Virus record (IMG/VR): IMGVR_UViG_3300009183_000101
Coordinates: 1 to 61,560 of that record
Length of the DNA: 61,560 bases
From: a virus
Taxonomy: Duplodnaviria > Caudoviricetes
Direction: 5' to 3' (one strand)
This document shows, piece after piece, positions 18,989 through 27,534 of the stretch (the stretch's first letter is position 1; each line of letters begins with the position of its first letter). A program made the translations under genes and the position numbers. The notes under the pieces were generated by a model. That model was not told the DNA's origin and searched no databases. It saw only the letters and a program-made list of their open reading frames with translations.

Positions 18989-19584
18989 TATCTAAAATTT
19001 GCTCTACGTCCTAATGTTTCAATTGAACCATCAAAAGGAATTATACCTCCTGTAATTATTGGAGCACCCATGCGAGTTACTGTTGAGCCCGAAGTTGAAC
19101 TCGTTCCACCACCAACTACACCACCCGAAGAGCCTGTGCTTGTTCCTGTAGATGTACCTATTCCTAATTGGTCTCCAATAGTTCCTTTAGCCTCAGTTAC
19201 AACTGTTGTTGCTTGTGCCTTTTCCATATCTTTTATCTTTTGTTGGACAAATTCCAAAGCCAATTTTCTTTTTAATTCTGCTTCTGCTTTCGCTTTTGCT
19301 TCCGATTCTGCTCGTGCTTTTGCTTCTGCTTCTGCTTCTAATCGTAGTTTTGCTTCTGCTTCTGCCTTAATTTGAGCATCAGTTTTTATTAATAATCCTA
19401 AAGGTGAAATTGGTAATCCCAAATTAGGAATCATAGGAAATCCACCTCCACCTCCACCTCCACCACCCGAAGTAGGCTCTTCTCCTTCTTCAGTAGTAGT
19501 TGTTGTTGCTTTTGGCTTTGAAAAGACTTTATTTGCAATAATTAATCCACCGACTACTAATGCTACTTTAGTTATTGTTTCCAT
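18988..19584 (-). CDS. membrane-anchored low-complexity protein (poly-Gly, AEAK coil, PFDG motif)
   Basis: N-terminal TM, Gly run and AEA repeats. Confidence 0.7.
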   Translation of the reverse strand: METITKVALVVGGLIIANKVFSKPKATTTTTEEGEEPTSGGGGGGGGGFPMIPNLGLPISPLGLLIKTDAQIKAEAEAKLRLEAEAEAKARAESEAKAKAEAELKRKLALEFVQQKIKDMEKAQATTVVTEAKGTIGDQLGIGTSTGTSTGSSGGVVGGGTSSTSGSTVTRMGAPIITGGIIPFDGSIETLGRRANFR

Positions 19585-19585
19585 C

Positions 19586-19786
19586 TTACTTTAAATTAAA
19601 TCTTGCTTTACTTTTAAAAATATTAGTTTGTGACATATCTGCCATAGAATCGTCAATAGCGTCAAAAGACAAGGTGCTTTCTTCGGTTACTTTTGCAGTA
19701 TCTACAACCTTGTCTGTTTTAGGCTTTAAAATTAGGTAGGCTATTCCTAAAACTACTATTCCTGTAATTATGTGTTCTGTTTTCAT
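19586..19786 (-). CDS. small membrane protein (LSFDA motif)
   Basis: N-terminal TM. Confidence 0.7.
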   Translation of the reverse strand: MKTEHIITGIVVLGIAYLILKPKTDKVVDTAKVTEESTLSFDAIDDSMADMSQTNIFKSKARFNLK

Positions 19787-20007
19787 TTTTTCCCTATTAA
19801 AAAATAGTTAATTGCTCCACCACCTATAGCCCCTAAAAAGCCATAAACGTATAAATTTTTTTGTTTGTACCATGCGAACATTAAACCTGCAATAGCCCCA
19901 ACTGCACTACCTTTAATAGTTTGTTTTGCAGTTGACATAAAAGAATCATGATTACTCGTTTCTTTCATGATTTTTACTTGGTCTAATGCATCTTCAAATT
20001 CAGTCAT
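19783..20007 (-). CDS. small two-TM glycine-zipper protein
   Basis: GSAVGAIAG and GFLGAIGGG helices. Confidence 0.7.
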   Translation of the reverse strand: MTEFEDALDQVKIMKETSNHDSFMSTAKQTIKGSAVGAIAGLMFAWYKQKNLYVYGFLGAIGGGAINYFLIGKK

Positions 20008-20011
20008 AGGT

Positions 20012-20593
20012 TTATTTTTTTCTTACTAAATAAATAATACCACCTAAAAGTAAAAGTCCACCTACTGACAATAAAATAATACTACCTATACCCATTCCCG
20101 ATTTTTCGTTCTTTTTAGTGCCTTGCTCTTGATAATATTGCTCTCTTGCAGTATCCATAGCACCTTGTGCAGTTGGTGCATTTTGACCTGTTTGTTTAAC
20201 TGACCATACATTTAAACCTGTATTTAAAATTGACTTAAAAACATCGGGACTAAAATATTCGCCAAATTTACTTAAAGTAGAACTTTTTGAAGTTGAGTCT
20301 GTTTTAAGGTTTGCGTCAACACCCCCAAATGGGTCTTTCCCTCCAACTGCTTGAAAAAATGCTTCTTCACCCGTAAAAGATACTGATGCTTGGGCTGACA
20401 AATCAGAAAATTCTTTTCTGAAATTATTACTTGTTTTAGCCAATGTTAAAAAAGCCGAATCAATTGTTCTATCTTCAGCGTTTGTTGATAATTCTACACC
20501 ATACTTGTTAATCAATGCGATTACTTCAGGCTTCTTTTTGTCGATAGTTGCTACTGCAACTAAGTAAATTTCTTTATCTGTTAAATTTTTCAT
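20012..20593 (-). CDS. virion protein with C-terminal TM
   Basis: ORF track; terminal hydrophobic helix plus RKK. Confidence 0.7.
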   Translation of the reverse strand: MKNLTDKEIYLVAVATIDKKKPEVIALINKYGVELSTNAEDRTIDSAFLTLAKTSNNFRKEFSDLSAQASVSFTGEEAFFQAVGGKDPFGGVDANLKTDSTSKSSTLSKFGEYFSPDVFKSILNTGLNVWSVKQTGQNAPTAQGAMDTAREQYYQEQGTKKNEKSGMGIGSIILLSVGGLLLLGGIIYLVRKK

Positions 20594-20982
20594 TTTCTTG
20601 TGATTATTGCTGATGCGATGATTATTGTTGCTACAATTAAAAATGCATTTGTTTGCATTGCTAATTTTGTAGATTCACTTACTTGGTTGTTATTTACTGA
20701 ATTACTTGCGTCTGCTCCAACAAAATTATATTTTAGGTCTTGACCCATTGATTTGTTTTGACATCCACAATTACAACCTCCGTCTGCATTTGAATATACA
20801 TCCATGATTAATTCTTTGTCGGGGTGTAAATCTGCAATTCTTCTTAATGCAGGTTCACCTTCTTGAGCGACTAACTTGCGTAAAGCCGAACCAAGATTTC
20901 TTTTATCCCTAATTTTTAATCCATAAGATTTTAACACAGATATTGCTCCATTCGGATTGTTTATTGCTATATATTCATACAT
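20590..20982 (-). CDS. virion protein with C-terminal TM, YSNADG/FVGADA motifs and CxCxC
   Basis: ORF track. Confidence 0.7.
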   Translation of the reverse strand: MYEYIAINNPNGAISVLKSYGLKIRDKRNLGSALRKLVAQEGEPALRRIADLHPDKELIMDVYSNADGGCNCGCQNKSMGQDLKYNFVGADASNSVNNNQVSESTKLAMQTNAFLIVATIIIASAIITRK

Positions 20983-21006
20983 CTTTTTACTTGTTTACAA
21001 AGTGAT

Positions 21007-21044
21007 AAAAAAAAAGGGTAGGGCGATAACACCCCACCCTTTTT
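21007..21044 (-). terminator. intrinsic terminator after the capsid candidate
   Basis: AAAAGGGTGGGG..CCCTACCCTTTTTTTTT. Confidence 0.75.
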
Positions 21045-21063
21045 ATAAAGCAAATTGTTAGGA

Positions 21064-21762
21064 TTAACCTACCAATTTAACAGGTTGTGAACGTACAATG
21101 CCTGGACTTGCGAAGTCACGAGCAACTGCTTTACCACTTAAACCACGAGACAAATTGATGTTATCACTTGGGTATAAGTATAATTTAACAGTTGTCGAAG
21201 CCAACACAGAAGAAAGGATGATTTTAGTGTAACCATCAATTCTATAACCATAACGCATAGCCAACACATTTGATTGTTGCTGATATGGGTCAAGAGTTGG
21301 AATTAACGCTTTTTGTGCAATGTTACCATTTGCATCTTTAGTGTTGATTGACAACGTCTCTAACAACTGATTTGCAGTTGCAGATTGGATGTATGTCAAA
21401 CCTACGCTAAAAGGTGAAGCAGAGAACTGCCATAACATTTGTTGGTAAGTTACATTTGGAATAGCAGAACTAATAGTTACTGCACCAATTACTAAATTAC
21501 CACTTGCGTTAAAGCCATTATTGTTAATGTATTCATAAGAACCTAATACGTCAAAATTACTAACGGCAGAACCCGTGTTAGTTACAGTTACGATGTAAGG
21601 TTGTGAAGTTGGAGCACTTGGAGCACCCATTGATGATGCATCAGCACCATAAAAATCTTCAGAGGCAGTAAATGACAAATCATCGTCAAAAAATCCGTCT
21701 GCGTTTGCGAAGCCTTCGTTTGCATTTCTTTGTGCATCGGCTAAATATTTTCTAATACTCAT
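21064..21762 (-). CDS. putative major capsid protein (jelly-roll-like) with acidic N-terminal propeptide
   Basis: Beta-strand-rich, no TM, many C-ending codons, own terminator, next to the packaging ATPase, has a paralog. Confidence 0.6.
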   Translation of the reverse strand: MSIRKYLADAQRNANEGFANADGFFDDDLSFTASEDFYGADASSMGAPSAPTSQPYIVTVTNTGSAVSNFDVLGSYEYINNNGFNASGNLVIGAVTISSAIPNVTYQQMLWQFSASPFSVGLTYIQSATANQLLETLSINTKDANGNIAQKALIPTLDPYQQQSNVLAMRYGYRIDGYTKIILSSVLASTTVKLYLYPSDNINLSRGLSGKAVARDFASPGIVRSQPVKLVG

Positions 21763-21794
21763 AATTTTGTTTTTTTAAATTTTTGTTTGTTTGT

Positions 21795-21902
21795 TTAAAT
21801 TGTAGTCTTGTTTTTGTCAATTGCTTTTTGCACTTGGTTGGCAACAAGGACACCAACTACGATAACTGATACCGATAATAAAATTTCTTTAATTTTTTCC
21901 AT
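21795..21902 (-). CDS. 35-aa membrane protein co-transcribed with the capsid candidate (not in ORF track)
   Basis: MEKIKEILLSVSVIVVGVLVANQVQKAIDKNKTTI; A-rich leader. Confidence 0.7.
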   Translation of the reverse strand: MEKIKEILLSVSVIVVGVLVANQVQKAIDKNKTTI

Positions 21903-22069
21903 TTTTATGTTTTTATATTTTTATTGTTAAACACCTTCCGAAGTCTTAACTATTCAAAATTATTTTTTATTATTGACAATAAGTTTGAATAGCATTTCTT
22001 AAATTCCAACGAATGTTTAACTATATTATAATTAAAGACGTAACTTTCAATATGTCAACAAATTGCAAG

Positions 22070-22885
22070 TTATGAATTAGTGTAAATATTTTTAATTCTA
22101 TTATACTCAAATTTTAACGCACTATCAGTTGTGTATTTACTTTTACCATTTTCACCTTTTATTTGTAATAAAGGTGTTATTATTTTACGATAGTTTTCTT
22201 CTATATATTGACGAATAGCAAAATCAAGTTTTTTATCATCTACTTTACCGACTATTTTCATCTCATCCATGTCTACATATTGAAAGAATCTTTTATTGCC
22301 ACTATTATACTCATTATCCGTTAGCATCTCTACTATACGAAGTAACTCATATTTATCTTCAAACTTTTTTGCGTGACGACCAACTGAATCTAAGTTTTTA
22401 TGAAAACGAATCCAATTCATATTTTGCCAAATTTTTGGGCTAATACGTCCAATAGATTGAAAGTGCATAATGATGTCCATATCCGTATGCCTATTTGTAC
22501 AAATTGCACCGATAACGTCATTTGGCAATGAGTCTGATATATATTTATTAATATCTTCAATTAACAATAGTCCACCTCGATATGTTTCGAGAATAATATA
22601 AAGAGTTTTGGCAATATCGTCCAAAGTCATTTTCTTACCATTCTCATGAAAAGGTCTAATTCTTCGTGCTTCAACAATAGGATGTACAGAAAATCTTACT
22701 AAATCTTTCATTTGAATTGATTTAATGTGAGAAAATTCATCGTTTACATCTAATATTAAAGCCCTCCTTGGCAAAATACCACTTGCAAGATTACCCGTTA
22801 CATAATTTAAAATCATTTTGTTGGTAGTAAAGGACTTTCCCACACCTTTTTTACCAACGGCTACCCCTAACATTGCTTCTCTCAT
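22070..22885 (-). CDS. FtsK/HerA-superfamily (A32/P9-like) genome packaging ATPase
   Basis: Walker A GKKGVGKS, Walker B LLLIED, Arg-finger NRH followed by hhhhhQ. Confidence 0.8.
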   Translation of the reverse strand: MREAMLGVAVGKKGVGKSFTTNKMILNYVTGNLASGILPRRALILDVNDEFSHIKSIQMKDLVRFSVHPIVEARRIRPFHENGKKMTLDDIAKTLYIILETYRGGLLLIEDINKYISDSLPNDVIGAICTNRHTDMDIIMHFQSIGRISPKIWQNMNWIRFHKNLDSVGRHAKKFEDKYELLRIVEMLTDNEYNSGNKRFFQYVDMDEMKIVGKVDDKKLDFAIRQYIEENYRKIITPLLQIKGENGKSKYTTDSALKFEYNRIKNIYTNS

Positions 22886-23886
22886 TTTCTCTTTTTTCTT
22901 GTAGTTGTTCTTGGTTTATTATCGTTTGCTATATCTTCCATTTGTTGTAAAATAGATTCATTACCAAATTCGGGCATAGCAGTTGGTCTTTTTGTACGTT
23001 TTGGTGCTTCTTTAACTACCTCTACTTCTACTTCTACAAATTCATTTTTAGGAACTTCTTTTTTTACTTCATCGGGTTCAACGTATTCCCTTTGAGAGGT
23101 TTGTTGTGGTTCTTGTCTTGGTGCTTCTTCTCTTGGTTGTTCTTTTTGAGGTGGTGGTGGAGTATAACTTGTACTCATATCTCTAAGTTGAGATAATAAC
23201 TGAGCATTTTGACCTCTTAATTGATAAACCATTGCACCTTTTTGAATTATATCTAAACCAAAATAATAAGCCAATAATTGCTCATCGGTCATTCCAATAT
23301 TTCTCTTTTGGAAAACACGAATCATGACAGGTCTTACCTTATCTTTGAATTCATCACTTACACTAATAACCCCTTCAGTTTGTTTGTTGTACTCTTCAAT
23401 ATAATCTAATACTCCAATAGTTTGACCTTGTATTGGAATTCTTAAACCACTATCAATTTCGCCATCAGTCATCATTTTCTGCACCTTATTCGGATTAAAC
23501 TGAATAAGTTTAGTAGCGAAGCCATTTAATTGAGTGTATCCATCTAAAACTGCTTCTACGAGTGCTTCAGACGCTTTCTTTTGGTCTTTCTTATCTAAAT
23601 TTTCCGTATATGGGTTTGCACTTCCCGATTCTTCATCAGTACCCCAAACTTTCCTACCATCGCCACTTGGTTGTTCGTCATTTTGTTGACCACCTAAATT
23701 TTGTTGAAAAGTATTATTCAAATCGTCAAAAGTTGGTGGAATAACTACGGCTTCATCAATTGGAGAAGCATCTACCATTCCCGAAACATTCGGTCTCGTA
23801 TAATCTCTTTGAACTACATTTTCTTGTAGTGGTGAAAAATCGTTTTCAAATTCTGCATTTGCGTTAAATCCTGCGTTGTTGTCCAT
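22882..23886 (-). CDS. acidic/disordered protein upstream of the ATPase (possible packaging or scaffold factor)
   Basis: 334-aa ORF with ATGA coupling to the ATPase. Confidence 0.65.
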   Translation of the reverse strand: MDNNAGFNANAEFENDFSPLQENVVQRDYTRPNVSGMVDASPIDEAVVIPPTFDDLNNTFQQNLGGQQNDEQPSGDGRKVWGTDEESGSANPYTENLDKKDQKKASEALVEAVLDGYTQLNGFATKLIQFNPNKVQKMMTDGEIDSGLRIPIQGQTIGVLDYIEEYNKQTEGVISVSDEFKDKVRPVMIRVFQKRNIGMTDEQLLAYYFGLDIIQKGAMVYQLRGQNAQLLSQLRDMSTSYTPPPPQKEQPREEAPRQEPQQTSQREYVEPDEVKKEVPKNEFVEVEVEVVKEAPKRTKRPTAMPEFGNESILQQMEDIANDNKPRTTTRKKRK

Positions 23887-23887
23887 A

Positions 23888-24340
23888 TTAATTTTTATTT
23901 AATTTTATTTTTAAGTTGTTTTCTGATTCGTTAATTTTTTCAATAATTTTTTGCTCAAAAGCATTTGTACTCGCTTTAGGAAATTTCCTAATAAAACAAG
24001 TTGACTTATAAATTGTAGCCCTACTTTTACCACTTATTTTAGCAAGGTCTTTAGGGCTATAAAGCAAATGTTTATCACATAGATAAGCCCATATCCCAAA
24101 AGCATATTTTCTTGGATATTTTTTACTTGGTGAAAAAAGTGTTTCGGGTGGCATATTAAATACTCCACATACACATTCTATAGCCCAAAGTATATCTTTT
24201 CGCTCAAAGTTGTTAGATTTATCTTTGCCATTTTCGAGAACAAGAATAGTATTTAATATCCCTATTTCTTTAATTGTAGATACCATTGTCTCCAAAAGAT
24301 TTGATACCATTTGATTATTATCATTGTTGGTCGTTTGCAT
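23888..24340 (-). CDS. DnaA C-terminal-like HTH DNA-binding protein
   Basis: VC.VF......L.S.......R....YL.......S..DLA...G.SRATI. Confidence 0.6.
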   Translation of the reverse strand: MQTTNNDNNQMVSNLLETMVSTIKEIGILNTILVLENGKDKSNNFERKDILWAIECVCGVFNMPPETLFSPSKKYPRKYAFGIWAYLCDKHLLYSPKDLAKISGKSRATIYKSTCFIRKFPKASTNAFEQKIIEKINESENNLKIKLNKN

Positions 24341-24707
24341 CTCTAAAAATAATTTTGCCTTCGTAATCCCAAAATTTCTTTGCCACAATAGTGTGTACAT
24401 TTTGGTCGCCATCGGGTAATAACGTATCCATAATAAATTTTAAAATATTATCTAAGTCGGGTTTGTTTTGATGTGGTTTACCACACATAGATGTTTTTTT
24501 CTTATTGCTCCAACTTTCGGGCATAGGAATGTAAAAATCTGCATCTAAAATTTCCGTTAATTTAAACTTAGTAATCATGGCGTAATCTTCCATGGCTTTC
24601 TTATGCAGTCTATACTTTAATACTGCTTCTCTTGGAGGTCTTAACCACTTGTCCCTTTGGGTCATTCGTGGTTTACCTATCGGTGTTACTAAAAATTCAT
24701 ATTCCAT
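24321..24707 (-). CDS. rusA: RusA-family Holliday junction resolvase
   Basis: P.GKPR..F..PMP.SWS..KPDLDNILK..D. Confidence 0.85.
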   Translation of the reverse strand: MEYEFLVTPIGKPRMTQRDKWLRPPREAVLKYRLHKKAMEDYAMITKFKLTEILDADFYIPMPESWSNKKKTSMCGKPHQNKPDLDNILKFIMDTLLPDGDQNVHTIVAKKFWDYEGKIIFRDANDQQ

Positions 24708-25347
24708 ATTTTTTCGTGAAGTTTTTGTCAGTTAATATTTTGTCTGCAATAATTAAGGAAAAATCATTATCACTTGAATAATGCAATCCTAAAAACAATC
24801 TACTAACTGATATGTCGTGTGCCAATTTTTGTAAATAATCATTATGTTCAACATATTTGTTTCCCAATACACTACAAACGAGTTTTGCTTGTAAGGTATG
24901 TCCACTTGGGTATGAAGGATTTAATGCCGACATACTTGCTGAAGGGAATAACCGAGCCTTTAAATATTGTGCCAACTGATAAGGTCTTGGTCGTTGATAG
25001 TGAAATTTTAATTTTGCAATTAAACTTTTTGACGAATTTGTTATATCATCAATAAGGTCATCTTCATTTTTACCAATTTTTTCAACGCAATAACGCTTTA
25101 AAATTGATGTTAAATCATCATCGTATGCAATATATCTATTAACGATTTTTTCGTTTTTTTGATTTTCGCTATTTTGATAATGCAATAGTTCTCTTATTTC
25201 ATCTTTTGTAGTTTCAGATGAATTAGAAGGGAAAGGAAATTCTTTTAATTCCTCATATAATGATTCAAACTCGCCCCCTTTTTTTAAGTATGGCAAGTAA
25301 ATATCATTTGGGTTTCCGTATGTAACATCGTCAAACCAACTCTTCAT
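24697..25347 (-). CDS. PAP2/haloperoxidase-superfamily phosphatase
   Basis: K.HYQRPRP, PSYPSGH, SR...GLHY.SD. Confidence 0.85.
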   Translation of the reverse strand: MKSWFDDVTYGNPNDIYLPYLKKGGEFESLYEELKEFPFPSNSSETTKDEIRELLHYQNSENQKNEKIVNRYIAYDDDLTSILKRYCVEKIGKNEDDLIDDITNSSKSLIAKLKFHYQRPRPYQLAQYLKARLFPSASMSALNPSYPSGHTLQAKLVCSVLGNKYVEHNDYLQKLAHDISVSRLFLGLHYSSDNDFSLIIADKILTDKNFTKKYGI

Positions 25348-25693
25348 ACTTGTCGCCCATTTGTTTTCTTAAATTCGTTTCGAGTTCGTTCAATTTTTTA
25401 CTCATATCAGAATCATCTTTGTCCAATTTTTGAATCTGTTTACGATTTGAAACGATACTCATGACTAAAGAAACAATAGTTAATCCAATTAAAAAAATGG
25501 TTAACCATTGTGTTTTATCCATAGCCGTGTTTTCTTCTAACGTATCAATGGTGTTATCTCTTGTAGTGCCACCCTCTGCCAACCCTTCTTGTGGAATAGG
25601 TGCAGGGTTTTGGGCTTCTACATTTGGGACATTCACGTTTGGTGAGCCACCTGCATGGTTAGTTGCTACTTGTTGTACTGCTTGTGTATTCAT
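25331..25693 (-). CDS. membrane protein with LAEGG motif and coiled coil
   Basis: central TM. Confidence 0.7.
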   Translation of the reverse strand: MNTQAVQQVATNHAGGSPNVNVPNVEAQNPAPIPQEGLAEGGTTRDNTIDTLEENTAMDKTQWLTIFLIGLTIVSLVMSIVSNRKQIQKLDKDDSDMSKKLNELETNLRKQMGDKYEELV

Positions 25694-26175
25694 TAACTTG
25701 TAAATTTAATTTTATTACCAACTCTATAAGCATTCCTTACTCGATTGGTATTTGGTTTTGCGTCAAAGTTTACTTTTGTGTCTTTTGCAAAAGCATCATC
25801 TTTAACTTTTTGAATGTCTACTTTATAGTTTCTATAAATCATTCCAATAACTGCACCTGCACCGATAGCGATTAAGCCAATTTTAGCCTTTTGTTTAAAG
25901 TCACCTTCTGTGTAATGCATAGCCCCTAAAACTAAAGTCCACCAAATTGGGTTATATAAGTAGTAAGCCGATGCCGACCTTACCCAATATTGCTTTGGCG
26001 TAATTGTTTTATTGACCCATTGGTCACGAAGTTTCTTTTCAGTATAAAAATATAAAGCGTCAGCAGGAGTAGGAATAATGTCAGATAGAATCAATCCAAT
26101 AGCCCCTGCGTAAATAATAGCAGTACCATAAGACCCTTCAGTCGCCTTTGATATTTCCTTTAAAACCCCTTGCAT
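25693..26175 (-). CDS. multi-TM membrane protein (VNFDA motif)
   Basis: three hydrophobic segments. Confidence 0.7.
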   Translation of the reverse strand: MQGVLKEISKATEGSYGTAIIYAGAIGLILSDIIPTPADALYFYTEKKLRDQWVNKTITPKQYWVRSASAYYLYNPIWWTLVLGAMHYTEGDFKQKAKIGLIAIGAGAVIGMIYRNYKVDIQKVKDDAFAKDTKVNFDAKPNTNRVRNAYRVGNKIKFTS

Positions 26176-26291
26176 TAATTATTTGCTTTTTTCCAACCTT
26201 TACCTGCAACGTATGCAAGTGCATAGATAGTAGCAAATCCTACGGCTAATGAGAATAACATCCCACCTAATCCAATTTTTTTCGTATCCAT
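26175..26291 (-). CDS. 38-aa membrane protein (not in ORF track)
   Basis: MDTKKIGLGGMLFSLAVGFATIYALAYVAGKGWKKANN; TAATG coupling. Confidence 0.7.
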   Translation of the reverse strand: MDTKKIGLGGMLFSLAVGFATIYALAYVAGKGWKKANN

Positions 26292-26294
26292 CTT

Positions 26295-26540
26295 TTAATT
26301 TATTATTTGATTATTTGTTTCTTTTTTGTTTGCAAATTTCTCTACTACAGTTCCTAAACCATAAGCAATAGAAATATATTCAACTGCTTCAATTAGTCTT
26401 TTTGCGATTTCTAATTCAAATTTAGCATAAAGAGTAATAAACATACAAATTATTAAAGCCAAAAAACCTAAAGCACCAAGCACTCTCTTATGAGAAACTT
26501 CTCCTTGTGCAGTACTTAACATATTTTTAAAAAAATTCAT
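26295..26540 (-). CDS. two-TM holin-like protein
   Basis: G.VS.KRV.G..GF ... GLGTVVEKF pattern. Confidence 0.5.
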   Translation of the reverse strand: MNFFKNMLSTAQGEVSHKRVLGALGFLALIICMFITLYAKFELEIAKRLIEAVEYISIAYGLGTVVEKFANKKETNNQIIN

Positions 26541-26559
26541 ATTACGCTAATTTAATTAT

Positions 26560-26718
26560 TTATAATTCCTTTTTATCTTCGGGAGTAATTGCTTCTATAT
26601 CTTTTGTTTCGGGAGTAATTGTTTCTGTATCTTTTTCTTTGTTTGACACATAATACCAATAGCCTATTCCAATAGCCACGGCTAAAACGCTTCCAATTAT
26701 AATATAATTTTTATTCAT
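26560..26718 (-). CDS. 52-aa membrane protein with 10-aa tandem repeat (not in ORF track)
   Basis: MNKNYIIIGSVLAVAIGIGYWYY..KDTETITPE/KDIEAITPE; promoter upstream. Confidence 0.7.
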   Translation of the reverse strand: MNKNYIIIGSVLAVAIGIGYWYYVSNKEKDTETITPETKDIEAITPEDKKEL

Positions 26719-26788
26719 AATTTACAAATTTAATCATTTTTATTTAATAGTATCATTTTGTATTAATACGTCACTAAATATTTTTTTT

Positions 26789-27082
26789 CTACCATAAAAG
26801 TTTGTCTGCATAATAGCCACGAGAATTAGGAACTTTCCTATCTTTCTCGTGCCTACTTTTATAATTTTTTCTTTTTTGGATTGCAGTACCTTTTGGCAGT
26901 TTACCTTGTTTTTCTAATTCAAGGAAAGTTGGATAATCATTGTAGCCTAATGCACCTACATCGGCTATTTTTTTGCCGTCTTTAATAACTGCAATCTTCT
27001 TACCTTTCACCGAAGAATTCTTCACTTCTACCCCAAGTTTTTTCGCTTGTTCTTTAGTGTATGCAGTTATTTTATAAGCCAT
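26789..27082 (-). CDS. basic protein, DUF5754-like
   Basis: KKIAV..GALGYNDY..R.NY..RH.KD..S.GYYA..LLW. Confidence 0.6.
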   Translation of the reverse strand: MAYKITAYTKEQAKKLGVEVKNSSVKGKKIAVIKDGKKIADVGALGYNDYPTFLELEKQGKLPKGTAIQKRKNYKSRHEKDRKVPNSRGYYADKLLW

Positions 27083-27522
27083 TATTTATTCTTCATTACA
27101 TTAACTACCCCTGCCGTTGCAATAAGTACTACTGCACCCAACAAAAACATTCCTAATCCACTTTTTTTCTCTTGTGGTTTAGGTTGGTTTTCTACTTCTT
27201 TTGCCTTTTTATCGGCTTCATCTTTTGCTTTTGTTTCACCATCTGCTTTCGCCTTATTATCGGCTTCATTTTTATATTTTTTATCTAAAAAACTTTCAAT
27301 AGCAAAAACAATACCTGCTTCCTTTGAATCAATTAATTGGGATTGTCTCTCAATTTGTTGTTCTTGTTCTTCAGTTACGTTGTCTGAATTGTCTAATTCA
27401 TCAACTTCAGCATTGTGCTTTACAATTAAGTTTTCAAGATTTTCAATAGAAGTTTGAATTTCTTGACTAAGCATACTTTCGTTTAACTTGTTCTGTTTAA
27501 GAACTTTAATAATTTTGTCCAT
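27082..27522 (-). CDS. coiled-coil protein with C-terminal TM
   Basis: ORF track. Confidence 0.7.
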   Translation of the reverse strand: MDKIIKVLKQNKLNESMLSQEIQTSIENLENLIVKHNAEVDELDNSDNVTEEQEQQIERQSQLIDSKEAGIVFAIESFLDKKYKNEADNKAKADGETKAKDEADKKAKEVENQPKPQEKKSGLGMFLLGAVVLIATAGVVNVMKNK

Positions 27523-27534
27523 GTTGTCCTATTT

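Noticed and set aside
22070-22885. ATPase as a terminase large subunit or conjugative VirB4
   Set aside because: No nuclease domain, too short, no T4SS genes; motifs fit FtsK/HerA packaging ATPases
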